From: Candidatus Heimdallarchaeota archaeon
Lineage (GTDB): Archaea; Asgardarchaeota; Heimdallarchaeia; Heimdallarchaeales; Heimdallarchaeaceae
NCBI GenBank assembly: GCA_019057375.1
Contig: DXJF01000009.1
Location: 1-19,975 of the forward strand
DNA: 19,975 bases
Direction: 5' to 3'
Numbering within the stretch: position 1 is the stretch's first letter; each line of letters begins with the position of its first letter. Shown in pieces: positions 1 to 7,762 of this stretch. The translations under genes and the position numbers were made by a program. The notes beneath the pieces were generated by a model, which saw only the letters and a list, made by a program, of their open reading frames with translations, did not search any database and was not told the DNA's origin.

Positions 1-2
1 AT

Positions 3-281
3 GATTCAGATACGGATAATGATGGAATGAACGATATAGAAGAGATAGTTTATGGAACAAATCCATTAGTTAATGATGCAAATCTGGATCCTGATGGTGA
101 TGGTTTAACTAATTATGAAGAAGTTACCATCTACTTCACTAATCCATTCAGTTCAGACACTGATGGAGATGGATGGAGTGATTATTTAGAGGTTTTTGGT
201 TTAGGTCCTTTGAATCCTTCAGACCCTAATGATCCAAACAGCGTTCCTTCCACAAGTGGAGGAGGAGGATTTTTCCCATAA
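3..281 (+). CDS. C-terminal fragment of a protein with bacterial/archaeal thrombospondin type-3-like Ca2+-binding repeats (5' truncated by window edge)
   Basis: Frame is open from position 3 (DSDTDNDGMNDIEE). Repeated DxDxDG-x-x-(D/N)-x-x-E...TNP units: DTDNDGMNDIEE..GTNP, DPDGDGLTNYEE..TNP, DTDGDGWSDYLE. The ATG at 27 is internal. Confidence 0.8.
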   Translation, partial: DSDTDNDGMNDIEEIVYGTNPLVNDANLDPDGDGLTNYEEVTIYFTNPFSSDTDGDGWSDYLEVFGLGPLNPSDPNDPNSVPSTSGGGGFFP

Positions 282-303
282 TTCTTTTTCTTTTTCTTTT
301 TTT
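282..303 (+). terminator. Oligo-T archaeal-type terminator
   Basis: TTCTTTTTCTTTTTCTTTTTTT directly follows the TAA at 279-281. Confidence 0.6.
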
Positions 304-457
304 CTATATATAGGGAACCTCTAATGTACCTTGGACTTTAATTCTTGAGTCTCACACTCTTTTGGTTTTTTTTCATTTCTTCCATAATGTAAAAATACCA
401 TTTTCTGCACTATTCTTTTAGAAATAGAATAAAGGAGGTCCAATAACTTCTTCTTGC

Positions 458-1085
458 TCACATCACTCCCTGTAAAAACAAATTATAATTGTACCAAATG
501 AATCTGCAGAGAATAGTATTATCCCAGGTAGAAGAGAGACGGTCTCGTACTACACCCCTTTGAAGCTTTATCAGTCCAAAGACATGTTTGACACTTGCTC
601 TTCTTTCTGGGGGGAGATTGTGACGATAGAGACTAGGATAATGCAGATGTGCTAGGACGATTCTATTATGGGGAGAGTCTGTCCCATGATCCTTCGAATT
701 CTTTTTTGGAGGGATAATGGGATGGAGGGTTTATTATCTGGATACATTCCATATTGCCAACGTAAATCCCCATTTCATATTTTCTGGTTTATTAGACATC
801 CTATTATCTCTTGTTTTGACATCCTATTATCTCTTGTTTTGTAATGTTAATTTTATCTAAAATTTCTTCTAAAGTTTTCCCTGTTCAATCAATTTGGTCA
901 ATGCTAGAACAAATAAACCTTGAGCTCCGTTGCTATTGAGATTATTACAACTTCTCACTTCCTCATCAAGGAACAAGTTTTTCTACTCCTTATGAATGAT
1001 TTATGAATGTCCCCCATGACTCTCCATGTACCCTCAAGTGTAACCCATGTCTGTTAAGTTAACATCTTTCGGTTGTTTTACATAA
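458..1085 (-). pseudogene. Degraded DDE transposase remnant (IS4/IS5-like DDE_Tnp_1 superfamily)
   Basis: Manual translation of minus 730-458 gives TLHPIIPPKKNSKDHG...SLYRHNLPPERRASVKHVFGLIKLQRGVVRDRLSS...WYNYNLFLQGVM*. This matches the IP-x-K-x-N and R-x-x-V-E-H-V-F-G-x-I-K motifs, with the catalytic E replaced by K. The upstream part (731-1085) has stops and frameshifts and a possible D-x-G-Y motif (LTDMGY); its boundary is uncertain. Confidence 0.7.
795..840. repeat. Perfect 23-bp tandem duplication
   Basis: GACATCCTATTATCTCTTGTTTT occurs at 795-817 and 818-840. Confidence 0.97.
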
Positions 1086-1179
1086 ACTTTTATTAGATAA
1101 ATTTCCCGAGATGTGAAGAGATAAATATGAGAGCATAAAACTCAATATTAGCTCTCGAAATTGTAGAAAGGGGAAGAAA

Positions 1180-1509
1180 ATGGGTAAAGTACCAAACGTA
1201 ACTTATGAAGAATTTGAGGAGATTCTAAAATCTGAAACAAGACCGATTATAGTAGATACTTGGGCTGTTTGGTGTGGACCATGCAGATCTATTGAACCAT
1301 TCTTTGAACTATTATTTGAAAAACATGCAACTTCTGTTAGATTCCTTCGCATGAATATGGACGAGGAATCGATATTTGCTCAAAAGTATATGATTGCCAG
1401 TCTTCCCACATTTGTGGTATTCAGGGATGGAAAGCCTTTTAATTCTCTTATTGGTGCTAAAAGAGATAAACTAAAAGATTTAGTTGAAAAAGCTGCAAAG
1501 GGTAAGTAA
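1180..1509 (+). CDS. trxA: Thioredoxin
   Basis: 109 aa with WAVWCGPC active site and IASLPTF cis-Pro motif; purine-rich leader AGGGGAAGAAA before the ATG. Confidence 0.95.
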   Translation: MGKVPNVTYEEFEEILKSETRPIIVDTWAVWCGPCRSIEPFFELLFEKHATSVRFLRMNMDEESIFAQKYMIASLPTFVVFRDGKPFNSLIGAKRDKLKDLVEKAAKGK

Positions 1510-1579
1510 TTACGCAGTTAAGTTTTTAGGCTAGTTTTTTTCATAGTTTAGTGTAAGAGAGACTTACAAGTGAAATTGC

Positions 1580-2206
1580 TTGAGCTTTGATAGAAAGAGA
1601 ATTACCTACCCTTCTGGCATGTACGAGTATTTAGCTAGAAAAGCTAATGCAGCAGTAGGTGAGGCTTTCATTACTATCTCATTTCCTGTTCTGGAGATTA
1701 AATTCCTAAATATTCGAAAAAAAGGCAGTCAGAAAACTATTGATTGGTTATTTGAAGAATTAAGTCAAAGAATTGTAAATATCTCAAAGAAGTATAAACT
1801 AGATTTAGGACAAAGTGCTCAAAGGAGGGATTTGCTGATTGACTATAAAGTTAAGCAACAATTTCATCAGATTAAAATCACAGGTTATCATTATATTCCA
1901 ATTAAATCGTTTGGAAATATTCTAGATATAGTTTTGTGGAGTTATATCATCTTTATAACTGGACATACGACAAGTGAAGATAAAGAAGCAAAGGAACTGC
2001 ATCAAAAGTATTTGGAGAGTTTCGAGGAATTCAAAAACTACTGGAATCGAATGCCAAGAAAGAAATTACCTTTACTAGATGAGAAAGCTTGTTTTATTTG
2101 TGGAAAAGAAGCATTTGCATTAAATGCTTGGATATACAAATCCAAAGGAACAAGTGTGGAGATTTATACTCCAGTTTGTAGAACACATCGAGATAGACTT
2201 ATCTAG
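1580..2206 (+). CDS. Hypothetical protein with C-terminal CxxC-x24-CxxH putative zinc finger
   Basis: 208-aa ORF with TTG start preceded by AAGTGA; CFICGKEA...PVCRTH at the C-terminus. Confidence 0.7.
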   Translation: MSFDRKRITYPSGMYEYLARKANAAVGEAFITISFPVLEIKFLNIRKKGSQKTIDWLFEELSQRIVNISKKYKLDLGQSAQRRDLLIDYKVKQQFHQIKITGYHYIPIKSFGNILDIVLWSYIIFITGHTTSEDKEAKELHQKYLESFEEFKNYWNRMPRKKLPLLDEKACFICGKEAFALNAWIYKSKGTSVEIYTPVCRTHRDRLI

Positions 2207-2350
2207 AAAAATTCATTTAAGAGAGTTTATGATAAGTTGTAGTCACTCATCATCTTAGACAATATATAATCTTTGAACAGTAGAATTCATCCTATTAAGG
2301 TGACATGGTGACAAATAACTTTAATAATTTTGCTCGTTCATTGTAGATTA

Positions 2351-2734
2351 ATGTTAGATTTTATAACTCCAGAAAAGAAGAATGAATTATTAATAGCACT
2401 GCGTGATATTTCAAAAGAATGTAGCTTAAGTGCAATCGCTGTTGTAAGTTCTGAAGGACAAGAGGTAGCTTTCTTTGCTGAGAAAAGTACAGATCAAGTT
2501 ATCATGTCAGCATTAGCGTCAGCTCTCAACTCAGCAGGTCAACAAACTGTAAATCAGATTAAGTGTGGAAATTTGGATCAAGTAATTATTAAAGGATCTG
2601 AAGGGTTTGTTATTCTTCTAAATCTTGACCAATTCATTATTCTTGCTGCATCTAAAGACATTTACACTTTAGCTCTAGCAATGAATGTACTTGGAAAATA
2701 CGGAAAAAAAGTATATCGGATTCTTACGACTTAA
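2351..2734 (+). CDS. Roadblock/LC7 (MglB-like) domain protein
   Basis: Roadblock pattern: helix, AIAVVSSEG, helix with MSALASAL, then LDQVIIKGSEGFVILLNL and a C-terminal helix. ATG 2351 is preferred over TTG 2330. Overlaps the convergent S8 gene by 11 nt. Confidence 0.88.
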   Translation: MLDFITPEKKNELLIALRDISKECSLSAIAVVSSEGQEVAFFAEKSTDQVIMSALASALNSAGQQTVNQIKCGNLDQVIIKGSEGFVILLNLDQFIILAASKDIYTLALAMNVLGKYGKKVYRILTT

Positions 2735-5579
2735 CTCGTTTTTTCCTGGTTATCAACAAATAAACAACACATACTGCTAGAGAAATTTCAACTACTATAG
2801 GTCCCCAAGAAACCTTTGCTAGAATATGAATTCTCCATGAATGTGTACCATATGAGGAACGGATTGCAAGAGTGTGTTCTCCTGGAGAAATTGAATATAG
2901 CGACGGGTCAAAAATGATTAAATATGTTCCATTACCATAATCAATCTTATCATAATTTCGAACTACAATGACATCCCCGTTCTCTACTGTTAAATAAAAA
3001 TCCCAATTGGTTAAGGGTTTATAATTGTTAGCAGCACTTATTGTTACTTCTATAGTGTCTTCTCCCTTTACTACTTCCAAACTAGATATATTATAAGCAA
3101 ATTCAAGATTTGAAACAACTGCTGTACCCATAATATTATGAAGTAATTCTTGATTATCTCCAAAATTTAAAGCAGAGTTCAACACTTTATAATCCATTTG
3201 CAAATTATCATAGAGATATGGAGAATTTAGAAACATTGACAAATCATTTACTGCGACTACTAGCGAACCATTGTTACTTCTATTGTCAGAATAAACAAAA
3301 CGATCAAATATTGTACTATCGGAATCATTTGTTTTTATCACATTAAAAGGAGATGGAATAAAGATCTCTTGCAGACTATTAGGATTTGAAGTCAAAAGAC
3401 GGAAATCTGATGATAAGTTAACCGTTTCATTGATTACTCCTGTTTGACTATAAGTAATGTTAAGTGCTTTAAGAAGGCTATTAAGGCTATCAATATCACT
3501 TTCTTTAGAAGGAAAAATTACTATTGCGCCACCCGAATAATCTTCTTCTGGATAGATGTAATCTAAAATTGCTGAAGAATCCAAAGAGGAGAAATTATGA
3601 AGAAGTGAACTATTATGGTTAATTAAAGCTATAACTTCGTAATTATTGAGATTCAGTTGATTTAGATGGAAAACATTTTCATCTCTTCTTAGTATTTCAG
3701 GAATCAACCCATAGAATCTAGCAGTATCTAGAAAATTGTTCAGATTACCAAATAACGAGAAAAACTTCTCATCTCCAACCTCATTACAGTCAAATAATAT
3801 CCTCCCTTTTCCAACTCTTATGTGAAGGTTAACATCTACAGGATAAATTTGATCATCGATTATGAAATCAAGATGACTACTTATGGGTCCCGTATACTGA
3901 TTCTCTGATGAAATTTCCACTAGAATATCGTATTGACCGATTTCATAGTCCGCTGGTATGTTGCTTAACGATAGTAACTCACTTAATACTACTGAATACT
4001 CTACTCTTAAATTATCAATTTCCTTGTTGATAAACAGATGAATATAGAATGATTGCCTTTCATTTTTGAAAAATACTTGTCGGATATAGGGTAAATCTGA
4101 AGGCCAGATGGTTATACTTTGTGGATGCTGTAAGTAGTATCTTGCTTCACTGGCATCTACTAATCCAGCTCCTTGATAAACTGGTGGTACTAAGAGGCTG
4201 ATATATTCTCCAAAAGGAGATAGATAATCTATTGTTAATGGATCCGAAGTTTCAAGAAGTGCAGCTTTCAAAATTGATGGTTTATAATCAGGATAAATTT
4301 GCTTTAATAACAAACACATTCCAGACACTACAGCTGTTGAATAACTTGTACCTGTTACCGTGGTTGATCCTTGTAAATTAGTAGAAGTAGTATTTAACAA
4401 AACACCCGGAGCAACAACATCTGGTTTTAACCAAGTATTTTCTAAATCTACCGAGTCAAAAAGAAAATTCTCTGAACTCACATTATAATTTTCTGCTACA
4501 GGACCAGCACTACACTCCTCGAATAAAATTATGTTATTATCTATAGCTCCCACTGTAATAGCCTGCATAGCAATTCCCGGACTTAAAATAGTATATTTAT
4601 CATTATAACCAAATTCAGAAATTCCACGTGAATTGCCTGCAGCTACACAAACCACAACTCCATTTCTTACTGCACTATTAACAGCTTCAACCTCCGGAGA
4701 TTCTTTATTCGATACTTCTTTTCCTAAAGAGAGATTTATTACATCTGCCCCGTTTTCTACAGCCCAATCAATTCCCTCAATTAAATCTTCAATTGAACCT
4801 GTAGCATCGTAGGAAAGAATCTTACCGACTAGAAATTTGCAGTTAGGGGCTACTCCGCGATCATATCCATATAATCCGTTACCACCAATTATCCCAGCAA
4901 CTTCTGTACCATGTCCATTATCATCTTCAACTTTAGCATCATTATCAATGAAATTCTTGCTGTCTATTATTCGATTTTCACCATCCATACCTACATCTAG
5001 TGCTGGATGATCTGTTTTTATTCCTGTATCCAGAATTGCAACTACTGTATCATTTCCGAAATATCCTAAATTCCAAAGGGCTTGAGAATGGATTTTGCTA
5101 TTAAAATCATCTATGTCTCTACTTAAGTTTAAAGAAGCCAGATGAACATCTGAACTAGCTGCTCTAATCCTTGAGTTTTTCCATACTGAAAGTATATTTC
5201 CCCTACTTATCTGGTGCAACAATGCATCTTTTGAAATTGTTAAAGCAATCCCTTCAAATGTTTCAAAGAATTTGAGATCTTTTCCCACAATTTTAAGAGA
5301 ATGAATAGCTTCTTCATTTTTAGTCTTTACTAGAAGTCTAAAGAAGTCATTATTTTTCGAATGAAGAATTTCATCTAGGAGAAAATTCTCTTGAAAGATA
5401 TTTGATAATTTATTGGCATCATTTGAAAGATTTAGAAAAGAATCATCAATTGAATGACTATAGGAAGTATAAGAAAACAAGCATAAAGTAATAATTAGAA
5501 AACCTGAACATTTTGTAAATAGGAGGGGAATTTGTTTCACATAACAAGTTTTACAATTTAAGTATAAAAATTTAAGCAC
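2724..5579 (-). CDS. Secreted, C-terminally membrane-anchored S8 (subtilisin-like) serine protease
   Basis: Catalytic motifs ILDTG (D), HGTEVAG (H), AAGN (oxyanion N) and GTSYS (S). N-terminal hydrophobic signal and propeptide; C-terminal TM WGPIVVEISLAVCVVYLLIT followed by RKKRVKS; many N-x-S/T sequons. The true start may be GTG at 5540 (MKQIPLLF...). Confidence 0.93.
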   Translation of the reverse strand: MLKFLYLNCKTCYVKQIPLLFTKCSGFLIITLCLFSYTSYSHSIDDSFLNLSNDANKLSNIFQENFLLDEILHSKNNDFFRLLVKTKNEEAIHSLKIVGKDLKFFETFEGIALTISKDALLHQISRGNILSVWKNSRIRAASSDVHLASLNLSRDIDDFNSKIHSQALWNLGYFGNDTVVAILDTGIKTDHPALDVGMDGENRIIDSKNFIDNDAKVEDDNGHGTEVAGIIGGNGLYGYDRGVAPNCKFLVGKILSYDATGSIEDLIEGIDWAVENGADVINLSLGKEVSNKESPEVEAVNSAVRNGVVVCVAAGNSRGISEFGYNDKYTILSPGIAMQAITVGAIDNNIILFEECSAGPVAENYNVSSENFLFDSVDLENTWLKPDVVAPGVLLNTTSTNLQGSTTVTGTSYSTAVVSGMCLLLKQIYPDYKPSILKAALLETSDPLTIDYLSPFGEYISLLVPPVYQGAGLVDASEARYYLQHPQSITIWPSDLPYIRQVFFKNERQSFYIHLFINKEIDNLRVEYSVVLSELLSLSNIPADYEIGQYDILVEISSENQYTGPISSHLDFIIDDQIYPVDVNLHIRVGKGRILFDCNEVGDEKFFSLFGNLNNFLDTARFYGLIPEILRRDENVFHLNQLNLNNYEVIALINHNSSLLHNFSSLDSSAILDYIYPEEDYSGGAIVIFPSKESDIDSLNSLLKALNITYSQTGVINETVNLSSDFRLLTSNPNSLQEIFIPSPFNVIKTNDSDSTIFDRFVYSDNRSNNGSLVVAVNDLSMFLNSPYLYDNLQMDYKVLNSALNFGDNQELLHNIMGTAVVSNLEFAYNISSLEVVKGEDTIEVTISAANNYKPLTNWDFYLTVENGDVIVVRNYDKIDYGNGTYLIIFDPSLYSISPGEHTLAIRSSYGTHSWRIHILAKVSWGPIVVEISLAVCVVYLLITRKKRVKS
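5563..5570 (-). promoter_or_regulatory. Putative TATA box of the S8 protease gene
   Basis: TTTTTATA on the minus strand, 23-30 nt upstream of GTG 5540, the spacing expected for a leaderless archaeal transcript. Confidence 0.45.
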
Positions 5580-5583
5580 GTTA

Positions 5584-5700
5584 TGAAACTTGGCTAGACT
5601 AGCCAGAAGGCGTCTAACTGTCGTTTAAATGGGTCCCCTACACGTGCGTTGAGGGGAAGGAATCTTTAGGAAGGAGTTTACCTGAGAGGGAGGAAATATT
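5584..5700 (-). ncRNA. Candidate omegaRNA/reRNA scaffold and right end of the TnpB-like element
   Basis: Hairpin TCCCCT..AGGGGA (5634-5657) spans the stop codon; hairpin TGGCTA-GTC-TAGCCA at 5591-5605 is followed by AGTTTCA. The layout resembles IS200/IS605 right ends. Boundaries are inferred. Confidence 0.55.
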
Positions 5701-7566
5701 CCATGCAGCATTTTTATGAGTATTAACTTGTTGTCCACACTTATTACAAGGAGCAATATCATACTGACCAAGTTGACGAGTAAGGACTCCCCCACATCTA
5801 TGATGGGATGTGCTAGTGTTATAAGGAAGAACTTCCTCTAGTTGTACATCATAACCTAATTCTAAGGAGGCTAGCCAGACAGCTTTTTTATAAATGAAGA
5901 TACCATCAGGCATGGTGTAAATAGCCTTAGCTAATGCACCTTTAGTTCCAGTAGGATCTGCATTAAGTCTTTCAATCTTGAGTGTTTGACATTTCTTTTT
6001 CACCATCACTGCTGCAAGAAAATGTGGAAGAAGACGAAGGATTTCTCGAAGGATCCTGCTACGACGAGTATGCACACGATTAAGTTCTCCCTTCAGTTTA
6101 CAACACCCTCTGACATCATGTTCTTTTCTCTTACGGAGCAATCCTCGAGTTAGCTCGGGAAGAACTTTCTCGCTCAGATGAGTATAATGTTCTGCTAATC
6201 TTAGCAAATCTTGAGGGAGACTAAGAGCAGCATTGAACATAACCATATACTGCCCTAAACGATTGATATCTATCCCAAGAACTGGTGATTTTCCTCTAGG
6301 AATATTAGCTAAATAAGTGTGGAGAAGAGTACTGGAATGGAAACAGACATGTGTTCCTTCTAGCACCACATCCACACGAGGTTTGAAACAAGGGGCATGT
6401 CCACTACTCACTTGGAAGACTCTGATATGAGCACCATTTTGGAGATAATCTAGAACTTTGGGAGGGAATTGAACTACAGCTGTGAGTTTCTTCTTTCCTT
6501 TCTTTGGAAAGCCTAGTTGGGTCCATCCATGTTTCTTAACTTGATTGGTGAGGTCTTGAGCATTCCCTTGACGGGTAATAACATAGTCTTTTTTCATGTG
6601 TAATTTAATGGGTAGATTTCCTTTCTTCTTTCGTTTATATGGGAGAGTAACAACTGCTGTAGCTGGAATGACCTTGATTAACTGAGGGACACTCTGCATG
6701 AAATAATCAAAGAGTGTGAAAACTACTATTAAGCGCAATGCTGAAAAGAGTTTTCGGGTAGGTTTTCCTATTACAATAGCTAGTTGTTCTGCGAGAGTTT
6801 TGAAACTTTTCCAACGAGAACTCTGAGGACTGCTAATCCATGAAGTGAGAAAGGGAACAATAATATTCTGTTCTTTCTTTAAGAGTTGGAGTTTTTCTAG
6901 AAACGCTTTCTGATTCTTCTTCAATTGTGGAAAGAGGGAAAATTTATGGTTGTGGTAAAACAGTGCATCATCAATAGCTTGGACAACTTCAAGTTGAGTA
7001 CATGTTGGAAGGAAGGCGTTTAATTGTAAGAACTTGGGAATATTGTATTTCTTTTGCTTTTTTCTCCAATAAGAATCGGTCTGTGCCCTAGTACTTGTCA
7101 GAAGATTAATTATATATCTTCTTCTTACTCTCCAATGGTTCTGCAAACTACGTTCAGTATAAGGAGAACGACTGAAAATCAACCATTCTATCAGTTGTTG
7201 AGGATTCTTCAATAAAAAGTTGAATAATCCTTGTACTTTTCGTTCTTTGTCAACTTTCCCCTTGATAGCAATGTGAAGCCAATGAAATGCACTTTGAGCA
7301 ATATTGGGGCTTTTCCCTACTTCTTTACAGAGTTGTTGAGTGAAGAATTTTTCTCTAGGTTTTCTTTGATACAACTCCACAGCTTTCTTTATAGTTCGAG
7401 TAGTAAGCAGTTTATGTTGTCTTTCTTCTAACTCTCTTATTCGTTGATTAATCTCTTCTCGTTGGTGTTGGTCAACACATTTTAGTACTACTTGATAACT
7501 TCTCATCACTTTCTCTGAAGGAGAAGAGGTATGTGCTTGTTTCTTACTTGATGCTTGTGTGACCAA
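5638..7566 (-). CDS. tnpB: Large TnpB/Cas12-like RNA-guided RuvC protein with RuvC-III Asp replaced by His
   Basis: RuvC-I VLGIDIN (D433), bridge helix, RuvC-II LKIERL (E532), VLPYNTS, Zn site HHRC...CNKC (588-610), RuvC-III NTHKNAAWNI (H617 at the D-x-N-A-A position). Likely start is ATG 7506 (MRSYQVVLK, a WED beta1-like strand). Confidence 0.88.
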   Translation of the reverse strand: MVTQASSKKQAHTSSPSEKVMRSYQVVLKCVDQHQREEINQRIRELEERQHKLLTTRTIKKAVELYQRKPREKFFTQQLCKEVGKSPNIAQSAFHWLHIAIKGKVDKERKVQGLFNFLLKNPQQLIEWLIFSRSPYTERSLQNHWRVRRRYIINLLTSTRAQTDSYWRKKQKKYNIPKFLQLNAFLPTCTQLEVVQAIDDALFYHNHKFSLFPQLKKNQKAFLEKLQLLKKEQNIIVPFLTSWISSPQSSRWKSFKTLAEQLAIVIGKPTRKLFSALRLIVVFTLFDYFMQSVPQLIKVIPATAVVTLPYKRKKKGNLPIKLHMKKDYVITRQGNAQDLTNQVKKHGWTQLGFPKKGKKKLTAVVQFPPKVLDYLQNGAHIRVFQVSSGHAPCFKPRVDVVLEGTHVCFHSSTLLHTYLANIPRGKSPVLGIDINRLGQYMVMFNAALSLPQDLLRLAEHYTHLSEKVLPELTRGLLRKRKEHDVRGCCKLKGELNRVHTRRSRILREILRLLPHFLAAVMVKKKCQTLKIERLNADPTGTKGALAKAIYTMPDGIFIYKKAVWLASLELGYDVQLEEVLPYNTSTSHHRCGGVLTRQLGQYDIAPCNKCGQQVNTHKNAAWNISSLSGKLLPKDSFPSTHV

Positions 7567-7600
7567 CTTACTTTCACTAGTAGGTATATCCGCAAAATGA

Positions 7601-7608
7601 TATTTAAA
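7601..7608 (-). promoter_or_regulatory. Putative TATA box for the tnpB-like gene
   Basis: TTTAAATA on the minus strand about 35-42 nt upstream of the TTG at 7566; palindrome GAGAAA-A-TTTCTC (7613-7625) lies just upstream of it. Confidence 0.45.
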
Positions 7609-7762
7609 GGGTGAGAAAATTTCTCTAAAGAGTTGTTTTTCCTATTTTGCTTAATTTGTTTCTTTCTTTTTTCTTCTTACTCTGAAAAACCTTTTTGATC
7701 GCTTTCTCCCTCTTTGTAAGATTTGATAACTTTTTACTACTCAGTAGTTTAAGGTGAAGTAC

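Larger units (their letters stand above)
5584..7625 (-). mobile_element. Putative tnpB-only (IS1341-like / IS200-IS605 superfamily) element or domesticated derivative
   Basis: Single tnpB-like gene, terminal palindromes (5591-5605 and 7613-7625), and GC content that looks higher than the flanks in spot counts. No tnpA is present; both ends are approximate. Confidence 0.5.

Noticed and set aside
536-546. GAGAC-G-GTCTC palindrome containing BsmBI/BsaI sites (possible cloning scar)
   Set aside because: It lies in frame within the transposase remnant (R-D-R-L); there are no other signs of engineered DNA.
7231-7431. 66-aa plus-strand ORF
   Set aside because: Antisense shadow of the tnpB-like gene; no motifs.
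5638-7566. Fanzor-like or CRISPR-associated Cas12 assignment
   Set aside because: The RuvC-II Glu is in the canonical TnpB position (KIERL), not the shifted Fanzor position, and there is no repeat-spacer array or cas gene in the window.
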